Notes: generated from the letters alone by a model not told the origin. DNA of 64,000 nt from Candidatus Hydrogenedentales bacterium (GCA_038916785.1 JBCLBO010000006.1:2932-66931); one strand, 5' to 3'; counted from the first letter of the stretch, positions 49,770 through 59,035 are shown. Numbers and translations are program-made.

Positions 49770-51168
49770 CGGGGATGAGCACGCCGGGGTTCATGAATCC
49801 GGCCGGGTCGAGCGCGTGCTTGAGCGCGCGGAGTAGCGAGACGCCGCCTGCGCCGAGATCGTGGTGCAGATAGCCGCGCCGCACGCGGCCGATGCCGTGG
49901 TGATGCGCGATGCCGCCGCCGTGCGCGGCGGTGGTCTCGACGACGCGGCGCCAGCACTCGTCGTAGGTGGCGGCCATGTCCTCGCGGCGCTCGGGCCGCG
50001 CGGCGAAGGTGAAATAGAGGTTCACGCCGCTGCGGTAGACGTGTGAGCTGTGGGCCGTGGCCGCGAGGATGCCGGGGACTTGCTTTACGCTGGCGGTAAC
50101 GGCGTCGTAGATGCCGGCGATCTTGTCCCAGGCTGAGGAAATCTCGATGGTATCGAGGATGATGCCGTTCTTCAGGAAGCTGTCCCAGGTGGGTACGTGG
50201 TTGCGATCATGGAGCCACTTGCGGACGACCTCGGTGGGCGCAGGATCGAGGCCTGCCTTGCGCGCGAGTGCGTCCACGCCGCGCAACTCGGCCTCGACGC
50301 GATCGGCGGGGCCTTCGTGGACCATGAAGAGGAGCGAGTCGTTGTCGTGGGCAAACTCTGGGAAATTACGGTTCGTCTCCGTCGAGTCGTACTGCCGCAC
50401 GACCGGCGGGAGCCATCCCGCCTGGACGATGCGGCGTTGCGCGTCGAGCCCCTGCGCGAGGGTCTTCGCATAGTACGCGGAGTGGGAGGAGCGCTCCGGC
50501 GCGCGGCGCAGCGAGAGCACGACGCCGGTGATGACTCCGAGCGTGCCTTCGCTGCCGAGCAGCACGTGGCGCAGATCGGGCCCGGCGGACGCGCGCGGCG
50601 CTTTTCCCAAGTGGACGATCTCGCCGGAGGGAAGGACTGCCTCGATGCTGTACACGATGTCTTCGATGTTGCCGTGCGCGGTGGAGAATTGGCCGGAGGC
50701 GCGCGTGGCGATCCAGCCGCCGACGCTGCTCACGCCGATCGACTGCGGCCAGTGGCCGATGGTGAGGCCGCGTCCGGCGACGGCCTTCTCCGCTTCGAGG
50801 CCGTTTTTTCCGGCGTCGAACCCGGCGAGCAGGTTGGTCTCGTCGATGAAACGCACGCGATTCATCTGGCTCAGGTCGAGGAGCACTGCGTTTTCGCGCG
50901 TGATGACGCCGCCGCAGACGCCGCTGCCGAGTCCATAGGGGATCAGCGGGGCGACGCGGGTCCGGCACGCATTCACAACCGCCGCGACGTCTTCGGGCGT
51001 TCGCGGTTGCACCACGCACGCGGGCTGGGGGGCGGGGCGGCCTTGCGCGTCGTCGAGATGACTGCGCATCCAGTAGTCGTGGCGGCGCTGCGCGGGCAGA
51101 TCGCCGGAGGTGATGACCATTTCCTCGCCGAGCGTTTCGAGCAAGTCTTCAACGATGGGCAGAGACAC
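49762..51168 (-). CDS. FAD-binding oxidoreductase, alkyl-dihydroxyacetonephosphate synthase-like
   Basis: PYGLGSGVCGG; GHWPQS; SVGGWIATRASGQ; GPDLRHVLLGSEGTLGVIT; AHHHGIG; LDPAGFMNPG. Confidence 0.85.
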   Translation of the reverse strand: MSLPIVEDLLETLGEEMVITSGDLPAQRRHDYWMRSHLDDAQGRPAPQPACVVQPRTPEDVAAVVNACRTRVAPLIPYGLGSGVCGGVITRENAVLLDLSQMNRVRFIDETNLLAGFDAGKNGLEAEKAVAGRGLTIGHWPQSIGVSSVGGWIATRASGQFSTAHGNIEDIVYSIEAVLPSGEIVHLGKAPRASAGPDLRHVLLGSEGTLGVITGVVLSLRRAPERSSHSAYYAKTLAQGLDAQRRIVQAGWLPPVVRQYDSTETNRNFPEFAHDNDSLLFMVHEGPADRVEAELRGVDALARKAGLDPAPTEVVRKWLHDRNHVPTWDSFLKNGIILDTIEISSAWDKIAGIYDAVTASVKQVPGILAATAHSSHVYRSGVNLYFTFAARPERREDMAATYDECWRRVVETTAAHGGGIAHHHGIGRVRRGYLHHDLGAGGVSLLRALKHALDPAGFMNPGVLIPDA

Positions 51169-52771
51169 GCGTGGCTCCTTCGGTATGGATCGGGGACATC
51201 TCGTTGCGCCGGAGGTCGCGGCACTCCGCAATTTGGCGATCGGTTTCGGCAGGATTCCACCCGAGCAACGTCGCCATTGCTGACGCGGCTGGCGCGAGCG
51301 CGTCCATGCCGCCATCGACGTCGAACCGCGCGCGCGCGCTGCGGCGGACCCAGTAGTCCTCGAGCGTGAGCGCGCCTTCGTGGAGGACGGCCCAGCGCGC
51401 CTCGCCGGCGACCTCATGGCCGGCCTCGATGACCCTCTCCGCCTCGCTGCCGTAGAGCCGCGCGAGGCGCTCGGTCTCGTGCGCGGGCAGGCCGCGACCG
51501 GCGAGGCGGCCGAGGAGCGCGTCGATGGAGCCGGCGATGTCGCCGCCGGGCAGGGGCGCGTTCGCGGTCGTGCAGGTCTTGTGCGCGCGACCGAGTTTCT
51601 CTTCGCAAATGTCGACGATACGCTCGGCCATCGAGCGGAAGCTGGTGAGTTTGCCGCCGGCGATCGAGAGGACGCCGTGCGGGCCGTCGAGGATTTCGTG
51701 GCGGCGCGAGATTTCCGAGGGCGACTTGCCCTCCTGTGCGAGCAGCGGGCGCACGCCGGACCACAGTGATACGATATCGCTGTCGGAGAATGGGGGAGTG
51801 TTGAAGGTTGCCTCGCCGCAATGGAGCAAATAGTTGATATCCTCGCGCGTGATCGCGGGCCAGTAGTCGGACGCGGGATAGAAAGTGTCCGTCGTTCCGA
51901 AGTAGACGAAATTGCCGCGGGGGACGGCGAAGATCGAGCGCTTATCGGGCGTCGTCATGATGATCGTGTGGCGGATGGGAAGGCGCTCGCGCGAAAGCGT
52001 AACGTGGATGCCTTTGGTGAGTTGGAGCAGCGGCGGCGCGGCGCTGTCTTCCAACGCACGCACGGCGTCGAGCCAGGGGCCTGCGGCATTCACGATGAGC
52101 TTCGCGCGGATGCCCGCGCCGAGATTCTCGCCCGGCAGCGCTGCGGTCACGGTCGCACCCGTGGCGCGTCCGGCTTCGACGATGATTTGCGAGACGCGCG
52201 CGTAGGTTGCTACGACGGCGCCCGTGGCGGCCGCGCTGCGCGCATTGGCGAGCGTGAGCCGGGAGTCGTCGGTCAAGTACTCGGGATAGACCAGCGCGCC
52301 GCGGAGGTCTTCGGACTTGAGCAGCGGCTCCTCGGCGCGCAGCCGATCGACGTCCCACATCTGGTGCCGCTCAGCGGCCTCGACTTCGCCGAGTTGTTCG
52401 TAGGCGACGATGCCCGCTTTGAATTTTAGCAGCGACGTACGCGAGCGCGCGGGCACGACGAAGGGCATCGTCTGTGCGAGGTGTGGCGCGATGCGGCGCA
52501 GGGCCTTGCGTTCGGTGGCGGCCTCGCGCACGACGTTGAGTTGGCCCTGCGCCATGTAGCGCATGCCGCCGTGGACGAGTTTGCTCGAGCGGCTCGAGGT
52601 GCCCGCCGCGATATCCGCCGCGTCCACCAGGGCCACGCGCAGGCCGCGCAGGGCGGCGTCGCGCGCGACGCCGCAGCCGGTGATGCCCGCGCCGATGACC
52701 AGCAGGTCAAAGGGCGCGGACTCGAGCGCGGCGAAGAGCGCGCGGCGGTTTCGGAAGTCCAGCGTCGTCAT
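51149..52771 (-). CDS. Glycerol-3-phosphate dehydrogenase/oxidase (GlpD/GlpA-like)
   Basis: IGAGITG..A.DAALRGL; GTSSRSSKLVHGG.RY; NAAGPW; KGIH; WSGVRPL; GGKLTSFR. Confidence 0.9.
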   Translation of the reverse strand: MTTLDFRNRRALFAALESAPFDLLVIGAGITGCGVARDAALRGLRVALVDAADIAAGTSSRSSKLVHGGMRYMAQGQLNVVREAATERKALRRIAPHLAQTMPFVVPARSRTSLLKFKAGIVAYEQLGEVEAAERHQMWDVDRLRAEEPLLKSEDLRGALVYPEYLTDDSRLTLANARSAAATGAVVATYARVSQIIVEAGRATGATVTAALPGENLGAGIRAKLIVNAAGPWLDAVRALEDSAAPPLLQLTKGIHVTLSRERLPIRHTIIMTTPDKRSIFAVPRGNFVYFGTTDTFYPASDYWPAITREDINYLLHCGEATFNTPPFSDSDIVSLWSGVRPLLAQEGKSPSEISRRHEILDGPHGVLSIAGGKLTSFRSMAERIVDICEEKLGRAHKTCTTANAPLPGGDIAGSIDALLGRLAGRGLPAHETERLARLYGSEAERVIEAGHEVAGEARWAVLHEGALTLEDYWVRRSARARFDVDGGMDALAPAASAMATLLGWNPAETDRQIAECRDLRRNEMSPIHTEGATRVSAHR

Positions 52772-52827
52772 TCTGAGTTCCCACCGGCCTTTGGCCGGAG
52801 TTTGTAGAAAGAAAACGCCAGCCTGTT

Positions 52828-52858
52828 GTAGCATCGGCCTCCGGCCGATGAAGAATGA
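52828..52858 (+). repeat. GTAG-type REP-like palindrome (third copy)
   Basis: GTAGCATCGGCCTCCGGCCGATGAAGAATGA, matches 16956 and 17061. Confidence 0.85.
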
Positions 52859-52920
52859 GCCGAAGTCCCCGTTTCCTGCCGAGTATCGGTCCTCATACCT
52901 CAAAGGTCAGGCACGCCGCG

Positions 52921-52943
52921 CACGGGCTGGAAGCCCGCGCCAC
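52921..52943 (-). repeat. GTGG-tagged REP-like palindrome
   Basis: Minus strand GTGG-CGCGGGCTTCCAGCCCGTG; single copy in window. Confidence 0.5.
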
Positions 52944-53035
52944 CGAAACCATCCGCGCCTCATTTTCTCCGCGTGAACCGAATTGTTTTTCATAGCAGAC
53001 ACTTGCGTAATTCCCCGCACCGGAATATCCCCTCT

Positions 53036-53073
53036 TTTGTCACTCTGAGCGGAGCGAAGAATCTCCCCGTCGG
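53036..53073 (+). repeat. 38-bp palindromic element (second copy)
   Basis: 37/38 identical to 36091-36128. Confidence 0.85.
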
Positions 53074-53240
53074 TCAACCTGCATAACGGTGCAAAAAACC
53101 GCAGGTCCCGACCGGGTGGTGGACGGGTATTGTGCCGCTAATTGCGAGCACGATCGCAATCACGCGCGGGAATTCGCCCCGCAGCCGAAAATCTGCTTAC
53201 ATATTAACTGTCTGCTGTCCGCAATCCAAGGAGAAGTGCA

Positions 53241-54068
53241 ATGTCCGCGAACTACACCGTCATTCGCATCGACCGCCGGGGGCACGTCGCCGAAGTGGTG
53301 CTGAACAACCCGGCCAAACTGAACGCGATGGCGCCGATCTTCTTCGAGGAGATTAAAGCGGCATTTGAAGAGTTGGACGCGGACGACGGCGTGCGTGCAA
53401 TCGTGTTGTGGGCCGAGGGGCGGCTGTTCACAGCGGGGCTGGACTTGTTCGCGGCGTCGGGGAACCTGCTCGCGGGCGGGGGCGGCGACCAGACGCCCGC
53501 GCAGAAGAGCCGCCACCTGTACAACGAGGTGAAGCGCCTGCAAGCCTGCTTCAGCGCGGCTGAGAAATGCCGCAAGCCGGTGATCGCGGCGGTGCATGGG
53601 CATTGCATCGGCGGCGGGGTGGACCTGACGACCGCCTGCGACATCCGGCTGTGTACGCAGGACGCGACCTTCTCGATTCACGAAACGAAGATCGCGATAG
53701 TCGCGGATGTCGGTACGCTGCAACGCATCTCGCGCGTGGTCGGCCCCGGCATGGCGCGCGAAATGGGCTACACCGGCAAGCGCCTCACCGCGGACCGCGC
53801 GCTGCGCTGCGGACTCGTGAACGAGGTATACCCCGACAAGGACGCGCTGCTCGAAGGCGCGCGTGCGATGGCGCAGGATATAGCCGCGAATTCGCCGCTG
53901 GCGGTCCAGGGCACCAAGCAAGTCCTGCAATACTCCGAACAACACAACCTAGAAGACGGCCTCGAATACATCGCCCAATACAACGCCGCGCATCTGATCT
54001 CGAATGACCTGACCGAAGCCGTGACGGCGTTCATGGAAAAGCGGGTGCCGGTGTTCAGCGGCCGGTAG
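53241..54068 (+). CDS. Enoyl-CoA hydratase/isomerase (Ech1-like dienoyl-CoA isomerase)
   Basis: FTAGLDL; KPVIAAVHGHCIGGGVDL; HETKIAIVADVGTLQR. Confidence 0.9.
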   Translation: MSANYTVIRIDRRGHVAEVVLNNPAKLNAMAPIFFEEIKAAFEELDADDGVRAIVLWAEGRLFTAGLDLFAASGNLLAGGGGDQTPAQKSRHLYNEVKRLQACFSAAEKCRKPVIAAVHGHCIGGGVDLTTACDIRLCTQDATFSIHETKIAIVADVGTLQRISRVVGPGMAREMGYTGKRLTADRALRCGLVNEVYPDKDALLEGARAMAQDIAANSPLAVQGTKQVLQYSEQHNLEDGLEYIAQYNAAHLISNDLTEAVTAFMEKRVPVFSGR

Positions 54069-54078
54069 GAAAAACGAA

Positions 54079-54184
54079 TATAGACAGGATTGACAGGATT
54101 TTTCAGGATGAACAGGATTTAATTTCGATAGGCTGTTCGGTCGCCAGAGAAATATCTTGTAAATCCTGAAAAATCCTGTCTATT
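54079..54184. repeat. Inverted CAGGATT-repeat element between convergent genes
   Basis: GACAGGATTTTTCAGGAT and its reverse complement ATCCTGAAAAATCCTGTC; four CAGGAT units on the left arm. Confidence 0.8.
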
Positions 54185-54188
54185 GCCC

Positions 54189-55349
54189 TTACTTCCGCTG
54201 ATCGAATCGTTTGCCGACGAGGGCCGACGCGATGTTTATCTTCTGAATATCGATCGTCCCGCCGGCGATGCCCCAGCCCCAGGCGTCGCGGAGGCGGCGC
54301 TCCATGGGGAATTCGCGGGAGTAGCCGTAGCCGCCCATGAGCTGGACGGCATGGCCGGTGACTTCGCGGGCGATTTCGTTGGCGAAGCATTTGGCGACGC
54401 TGGACTCGAAGAGGCTGGGCAGGCCGTCTTGCGCGTTCACGGCGGCGCGGTGGATGAGCAGGCGCGCGGCCTCGACGCGCATGGCCATCTCGGCGAGCTT
54501 GAGCTGCACGGCCTGGAACTCGACGATGGGTTTGCCAAACTGTTGGCGCTCCTGCACGTAGCGCACGACGTCATCGAGCGCGCCGGCGGCTTGCGCGAGG
54601 GCCTGGGTCGCGTTGCCGCAACGTTCGAGGTCGAAGGCTTCCATAAGTTTTTTGAAGCCGCCCGCGGGGACGATCCTGTTTTCGATCGGGACCGTGACGT
54701 CGTCGAAGTAGATGTCCGCGCTAGGGACGCCTCGGAATCCCATGAGTTTTTCCTGATCGCCGAAGGTCATGCCGGGTGTGCCTTTTTCGACATAGACGGC
54801 GCCGATGCCCTTCGCACCGGCATCCTTGGACATGCGCGAATAGACGACGTAGCCATCGGAGTGGCCCGCGCCGGAGCACCACCGTTTCGTGCCGTTGATG
54901 ACGATCGTGTCGCCGCGAACGTCCGCGCGGGTCGTGAGATCAGTGAGCGCGGAGCCGGCTTCGGGCTCGGACATGGCGACGGCGACGATGATTTCGCCCG
55001 CGCACACGCGCGGCACGATGCGGCGGCGGAGCGCCTCGGGCGCGAAGAGTTCGATGGCGCGGACGGGGCCGACGTTGGCCTCGAAGATCGGAAAGGCTAC
55101 GGCGGAGGAGACCTTGGCGAATTCCTCGAGGACGAGCAGCGCTTCGAGATTTCCCAGGCCGAGGCCGCCGTAGGCCTCGCTGACGTTGATGCCGAGGAAG
55201 CCCATCTCTGCGTATCGCCGCATCCACTCGCGCGAGAGCGGCTGGGCGGTGCGCTCGATTTCTTCGGCGACGGTCCGCAGTTCATTCTGCGCGAACGCGC
55301 GCGCCGTCTGCTGGAGTGAAACCTGATCGGGGGTCAAACGGAAGTCCAT
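54189..55349 (-). CDS. Acyl-CoA dehydrogenase
   Basis: AMSEPEAGSAL; INGTKRW; ERQQFGKPI; QLMGGYGY; IAGGTIDIQK. Confidence 0.93.
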   Translation of the reverse strand: MDFRLTPDQVSLQQTARAFAQNELRTVAEEIERTAQPLSREWMRRYAEMGFLGINVSEAYGGLGLGNLEALLVLEEFAKVSSAVAFPIFEANVGPVRAIELFAPEALRRRIVPRVCAGEIIVAVAMSEPEAGSALTDLTTRADVRGDTIVINGTKRWCSGAGHSDGYVVYSRMSKDAGAKGIGAVYVEKGTPGMTFGDQEKLMGFRGVPSADIYFDDVTVPIENRIVPAGGFKKLMEAFDLERCGNATQALAQAAGALDDVVRYVQERQQFGKPIVEFQAVQLKLAEMAMRVEAARLLIHRAAVNAQDGLPSLFESSVAKCFANEIAREVTGHAVQLMGGYGYSREFPMERRLRDAWGWGIAGGTIDIQKINIASALVGKRFDQRK

Positions 55350-55438
55350 GGGGCGTCCTCCGGAGTAGGGGAGGAATGCTGCCAGAGCGCGGCCGGCAGA
55401 TCAATGGGGACCGTGGCCTGCCGGCGGAATGGCGGGGC

Positions 55439-56026
55439 CTATTTCTTGTCGTGGACGACCTGGGCCAGACTGAGGAGCTTGGAGCTGATTGTCAGGCCGG
55501 AACGCCCCGCTTCGTCAATGTTGATTTCGATGCGGAGTTTGCTGTCTCGCTCGAAGAGCCGGATCACGCCGCCCTCTTCGGTAAAATTGTCATCGTCGCT
55601 CACGGACAAGACAGGTTTCGCGCGCACGGCCGCGAGGAAATCGTCCGCTCGTTTGTCATCCGTGGCGTCAATGTAGAGGATGTGACAGGACTCGGCATCT
55701 TTCTCCGCTGCGATATCGACCACTTGGATTTCGCGTGCGCCGACGGTTTTGCCGCGCACCGCGGTGGCAAGCGTTTTGGTCATACCCTCATTCCCGACGA
55801 TTCCGATGACGATGGGCGCCGACGCATCCTTGAAGGCTGAATCGGGCCACTGGACGTAGTTTGAAAACTGGAACACGAACGCGGCCTTGAGTTCGTCGAT
55901 GCGCGCCTTTTGTCCGGAGACGGGCCGCGCGAAGAGGGCGAGCCCGGCGAGCACGGCGACCGCCGCCAGCGCAAAGCGCGCGGCCCAAGAGCGGCGGGCG
56001 TTGTGTGTGCGTGTCAGAAGCGCCAT
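55439..56026 (-). CDS. YfiR family (DUF4154) periplasmic protein
   Basis: LKAAFVFQFSNYVQWP; CHILYI; VLSVSD; EINIDEA....LTISSKLLSLA. Confidence 0.88.
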   Translation of the reverse strand: MALLTRTHNARRSWAARFALAAVAVLAGLALFARPVSGQKARIDELKAAFVFQFSNYVQWPDSAFKDASAPIVIGIVGNEGMTKTLATAVRGKTVGAREIQVVDIAAEKDAESCHILYIDATDDKRADDFLAAVRAKPVLSVSDDDNFTEEGGVIRLFERDSKLRIEINIDEAGRSGLTISSKLLSLAQVVHDKK

Positions 56027-56418
56027 GTGATTTTTCCGTAGACGCCGCGCTGGATCTGCGTCGGGACGGCCAGCGTGATCACATCATCGTACTCTTCATG
56101 CTCGGAGTCAAGAAGATTGCGGTCGACCAGTGCGATTTCGAGGTCTTTGCGCGGCCGCCATGCGAGTCGGGCGTCGAGCTCGACGTAGTCACCGATGCCG
56201 AGGTTCTTGAGGTCGTCCACGTACCGTAGCGTGGTGGTCTCCTGGCTGGAGGCTGCGGGCACCCACGAGAGCAGCGCGATGAGGCCCCACAGCGCCAAGA
56301 GCGAAAGGCGGAGCAGCCAGGTCTGGGACATTCCGGGGGCGAAGGGGCGACCGAAACCCCGGGGTTCCTCCCCGCTGGATTCGATGGCCGATATCGATAT
56401 TTCGTGAAGCGTTTGCAT
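56014..56418 (-). pseudogene. Internally deleted TonB-dependent receptor (signal peptide + last about 70 aa)
   Basis: Signal peptide fused in frame to LRYVDDL..YVELDARLAWRP..QRGVYGKITWRF, paralogous to the neighbouring receptor's C-terminus. Confidence 0.75.
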
Positions 56419-56535
56419 GGAGTTCTCGCCGTTCTTGATTGGCGCCCGGACGACCGCCGTACTGTCGCTCGCAGCGAAGGTACTTGCCGCGTCGTCCAGC
56501 CCGATCATTTCGGATGCTCCTCAGGGTTCGCCAGC

Positions 56536-58626
56536 TCAGTGCTTTCCGCCGGGTTGGAACCTCCACGTGACCTTGGCATACACGGCGCGCTGAACTTGCG
56601 TCGGCACTCCATTGACAAAGCTCGGAGCGAATTCATAATGGCCGCCGTCAAAGAGGTTCTGACCAACCAGGGCGAGTTCGAGATCTTCCCTGGGGCGCCA
56701 CGCCAGGCGGGCATCCATTTCGACATAGGCGTCGACATCCAGCGAGGACAGCCGATCGACGAATCGAAACGTGGTGTCAAACTCGACCTGGTGCGGAAGG
56801 TCCAGACGATTCTGCACGAAGAACTGGTGTTGCGGCGTGTCCGATTCGGTGACGGCAGTAACAGGATCGGCCGCCGGTGCGTCGACGTTAAGATCGAGGA
56901 ACGAATACCCCGCCCGCACCTGCCACCGGGTCAGCGGGGCCCAATCCGCGGCGACCTCGAAGCCAAAGGCGTAGGCGTCCGTATTGTTGAAGGCTTCGAA
57001 GGGAATGACGGTGACGCCGTCCTCGACGAATGGCACGCCGAGGAATTCGATCGAACGGAGATTGGTGTAGTGGTTGTAGAAACCGGCGATATCCAGCGAC
57101 AGCTCGTCGGTGACGCGCACGCGATACCCAAGTTCGCCTGCGAGAAGATCTTCGGCCTCGAAATCGTTGTTGCCTTGTAGGATGGCCTCGACCGGACCGA
57201 CCGGACCCGCCGCCGTGAGGGCGCGCAGCCGGATGTCGTCCTCGGCTTGGGAGGGGGTGCGCACCGCGCGTGAAATCGCGGCCCACACGGTGTGACGATC
57301 GTTCGGTGACCAGCGCAAGCGAAGGTTGGGCTGCACTTCGACGCCGGTATAGCCGTTGTGCTCAATCTTGGCGCCGACGATGAGATGGAGTTTTTCGGTG
57401 AGCGCGATGTCATCCTGGACGAAACCGCTGATCGTCTGGTCGTTTCTGCGTTCGGGATCGAAGGAGATGAACTCCGAGCCGTCCGTGTCCGCCTGCGTGT
57501 GCCGGATCGCCAGCCCCCAGACGATTTCCTGATTGGTCCACGGTTGCAATTGGTGTTTAAAATCGAGATCGAAGGTGTGGCGCGTTTCCTCGAAAGTGGC
57601 GTTTGCGCGCTGGTAGCCGTCGTAATAGGCGGCGAGCTCGATGTTGGAATCGTCGGAGAATACGCGGCGCCAGATCGCACCGAGGTTCCACGTGGCGGCG
57701 TCGGCATCCATCTTGACATCGCGTGTGAACGGGGCGTCGAGAAAATTAAGGGTGGTCTGTCCGTTGATGTCCAGCGACTGCGCATCTCCGTGAAGAGTGA
57801 GCGTGTCCTCCGAGGACAGCTCCCAGTCAATCCGGCCGCCCCCTTGGCCTCCTTGCCACGCGTCTTCAGCGTCTCCGCCGTTCGCGGCGCGACCCGCGTT
57901 GTCGTGCCGGAAGAACTGCCCATACACGCGATAATGGGCCGCGCCTTCGGCCAAGGCGCCGCCCCAGCGGGTCGTGAGGAACCCCTGGTCCTCCGTACCG
58001 CCGCCCCCGGAAACGAGGAGGCCTTGTGTGTCGGCCGCCTTCTTCGTGATGATGTTGATGACGCCGTTGACTGCATTGGCGCCCCAGAGCGTGCCGCCGG
58101 GGCCTCGGATGACTTCGATGCGCTCGACGTCCTCGAGGACGACGTTCTGGAATTCCCAATACACGCCCGAGAACAGAGGGGTGTACACCGACCGGCCATC
58201 GATGAGCACGAGCAGCTTGTTCGCGAAAACTCCGCCGAATCCACGCGCGGTCACCGACCACGAGTTCGCTGTCAGCCGCGCGACTTCGACGCCGGGGACC
58301 GTACGAAGCAGATCAGGTATCGTCGTCGCTCCCGAACGGCGGATGTCTTCCTGTGTCAGAACGTAGATCGCAGCGGCGGCGTCCTGCTTGCGCTCCTTCT
58401 TCTTGGAGACGGACGTGACCTCAATGTTCATCAACTCTTCGATGGAGAGATTGACGAGGGAGGCCTCGGTTTCGACCGGCGCCTCAGGCGAGGCGTCCTG
58501 CGCGTGCCCGGCCGAGGCGATGAGGCCAAGCGCGATCGAACACAGCGCAGCGTGCATGAATCGCGCAGCGCGCTGACCGCACGCGAGGCGACGAGAAAGT
58601 TGGGTCCGATGACGCTGCACGCTCAT
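56536..58626 (-). CDS. TonB-dependent receptor (YfiR-associated type)
   Basis: LSIEELMNIEVTSVSKK; plug PGVEVAR, LLVLIDGRSVY, ERIEVIRGPGGTLWGANAVNGVINIITK; barrel end VTWRF; SD AGGAGG. Confidence 0.93.
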   Translation of the reverse strand: MSVQRHRTQLSRRLACGQRAARFMHAALCSIALGLIASAGHAQDASPEAPVETEASLVNLSIEELMNIEVTSVSKKKERKQDAAAAIYVLTQEDIRRSGATTIPDLLRTVPGVEVARLTANSWSVTARGFGGVFANKLLVLIDGRSVYTPLFSGVYWEFQNVVLEDVERIEVIRGPGGTLWGANAVNGVINIITKKAADTQGLLVSGGGGTEDQGFLTTRWGGALAEGAAHYRVYGQFFRHDNAGRAANGGDAEDAWQGGQGGGRIDWELSSEDTLTLHGDAQSLDINGQTTLNFLDAPFTRDVKMDADAATWNLGAIWRRVFSDDSNIELAAYYDGYQRANATFEETRHTFDLDFKHQLQPWTNQEIVWGLAIRHTQADTDGSEFISFDPERRNDQTISGFVQDDIALTEKLHLIVGAKIEHNGYTGVEVQPNLRLRWSPNDRHTVWAAISRAVRTPSQAEDDIRLRALTAAGPVGPVEAILQGNNDFEAEDLLAGELGYRVRVTDELSLDIAGFYNHYTNLRSIEFLGVPFVEDGVTVIPFEAFNNTDAYAFGFEVAADWAPLTRWQVRAGYSFLDLNVDAPAADPVTAVTESDTPQHQFFVQNRLDLPHQVEFDTTFRFVDRLSSLDVDAYVEMDARLAWRPREDLELALVGQNLFDGGHYEFAPSFVNGVPTQVQRAVYAKVTWRFQPGGKH

Positions 58627-58720
58627 TTTTTCCTCCTACCCGCGATCCCCGGCGGGACGGACTAGGATGGCCTCGAAGGCGTCACAGCCAGTCCAGCGGG
58701 GTTAACTCTTGACCAACTTG

Positions 58721-58737
58721 AGCAGTTTTCGTGCCAG
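58721..58737 (-). promoter_or_regulatory. sigma54 (-24/-12) promoter candidate
   Basis: Minus strand CTGGCACGAAAACTGCT vs consensus YTGGCACGNNNNTTGCW (1 mismatch), about 95 nt upstream of the receptor ATG. Confidence 0.65.
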
Positions 58738-58943
58738 CGCGACGGAGTTCTGGGCGATTGCGGGATGTTGGCGTTTTTATCGAATTTCGATTGACCAGCG
58801 GTGGACAAATCTGTCAACTGAATACCATGACGCACAAATTTGGACGAAGCCGGTCTGCGACTGCGACGGCTGGCCGAAAATATATAGTACTAGATATCTA
58901 TATTTTCAGGAGTTCGCAATTGAAACCCGTAGAGACATCGCGC

Positions 58944-58975
58944 CGCAATCCCCTGCGGGCCCGCAGGGGATTGCG
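58944..58975. repeat. Perfect 32-bp palindrome
   Basis: CGCAATCCCCTGCGGGCCCGCAGGGGATTGCG equals its own reverse complement. Confidence 0.85.
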
Positions 58976-59035
58976 AAATTTCGGCGCTTGCGGGCCGACC
59001 CGGCCGGCCGCCAGGAATGGTCTGCGTAAATGGCT

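Noticed and set aside
58627-58900. Cobalamin riboswitch upstream of the TonB receptor
   Set aside because: No B12-box or GGGAA/GCCACTG-type motifs on the minus strand; a sigma54-like promoter fits better.
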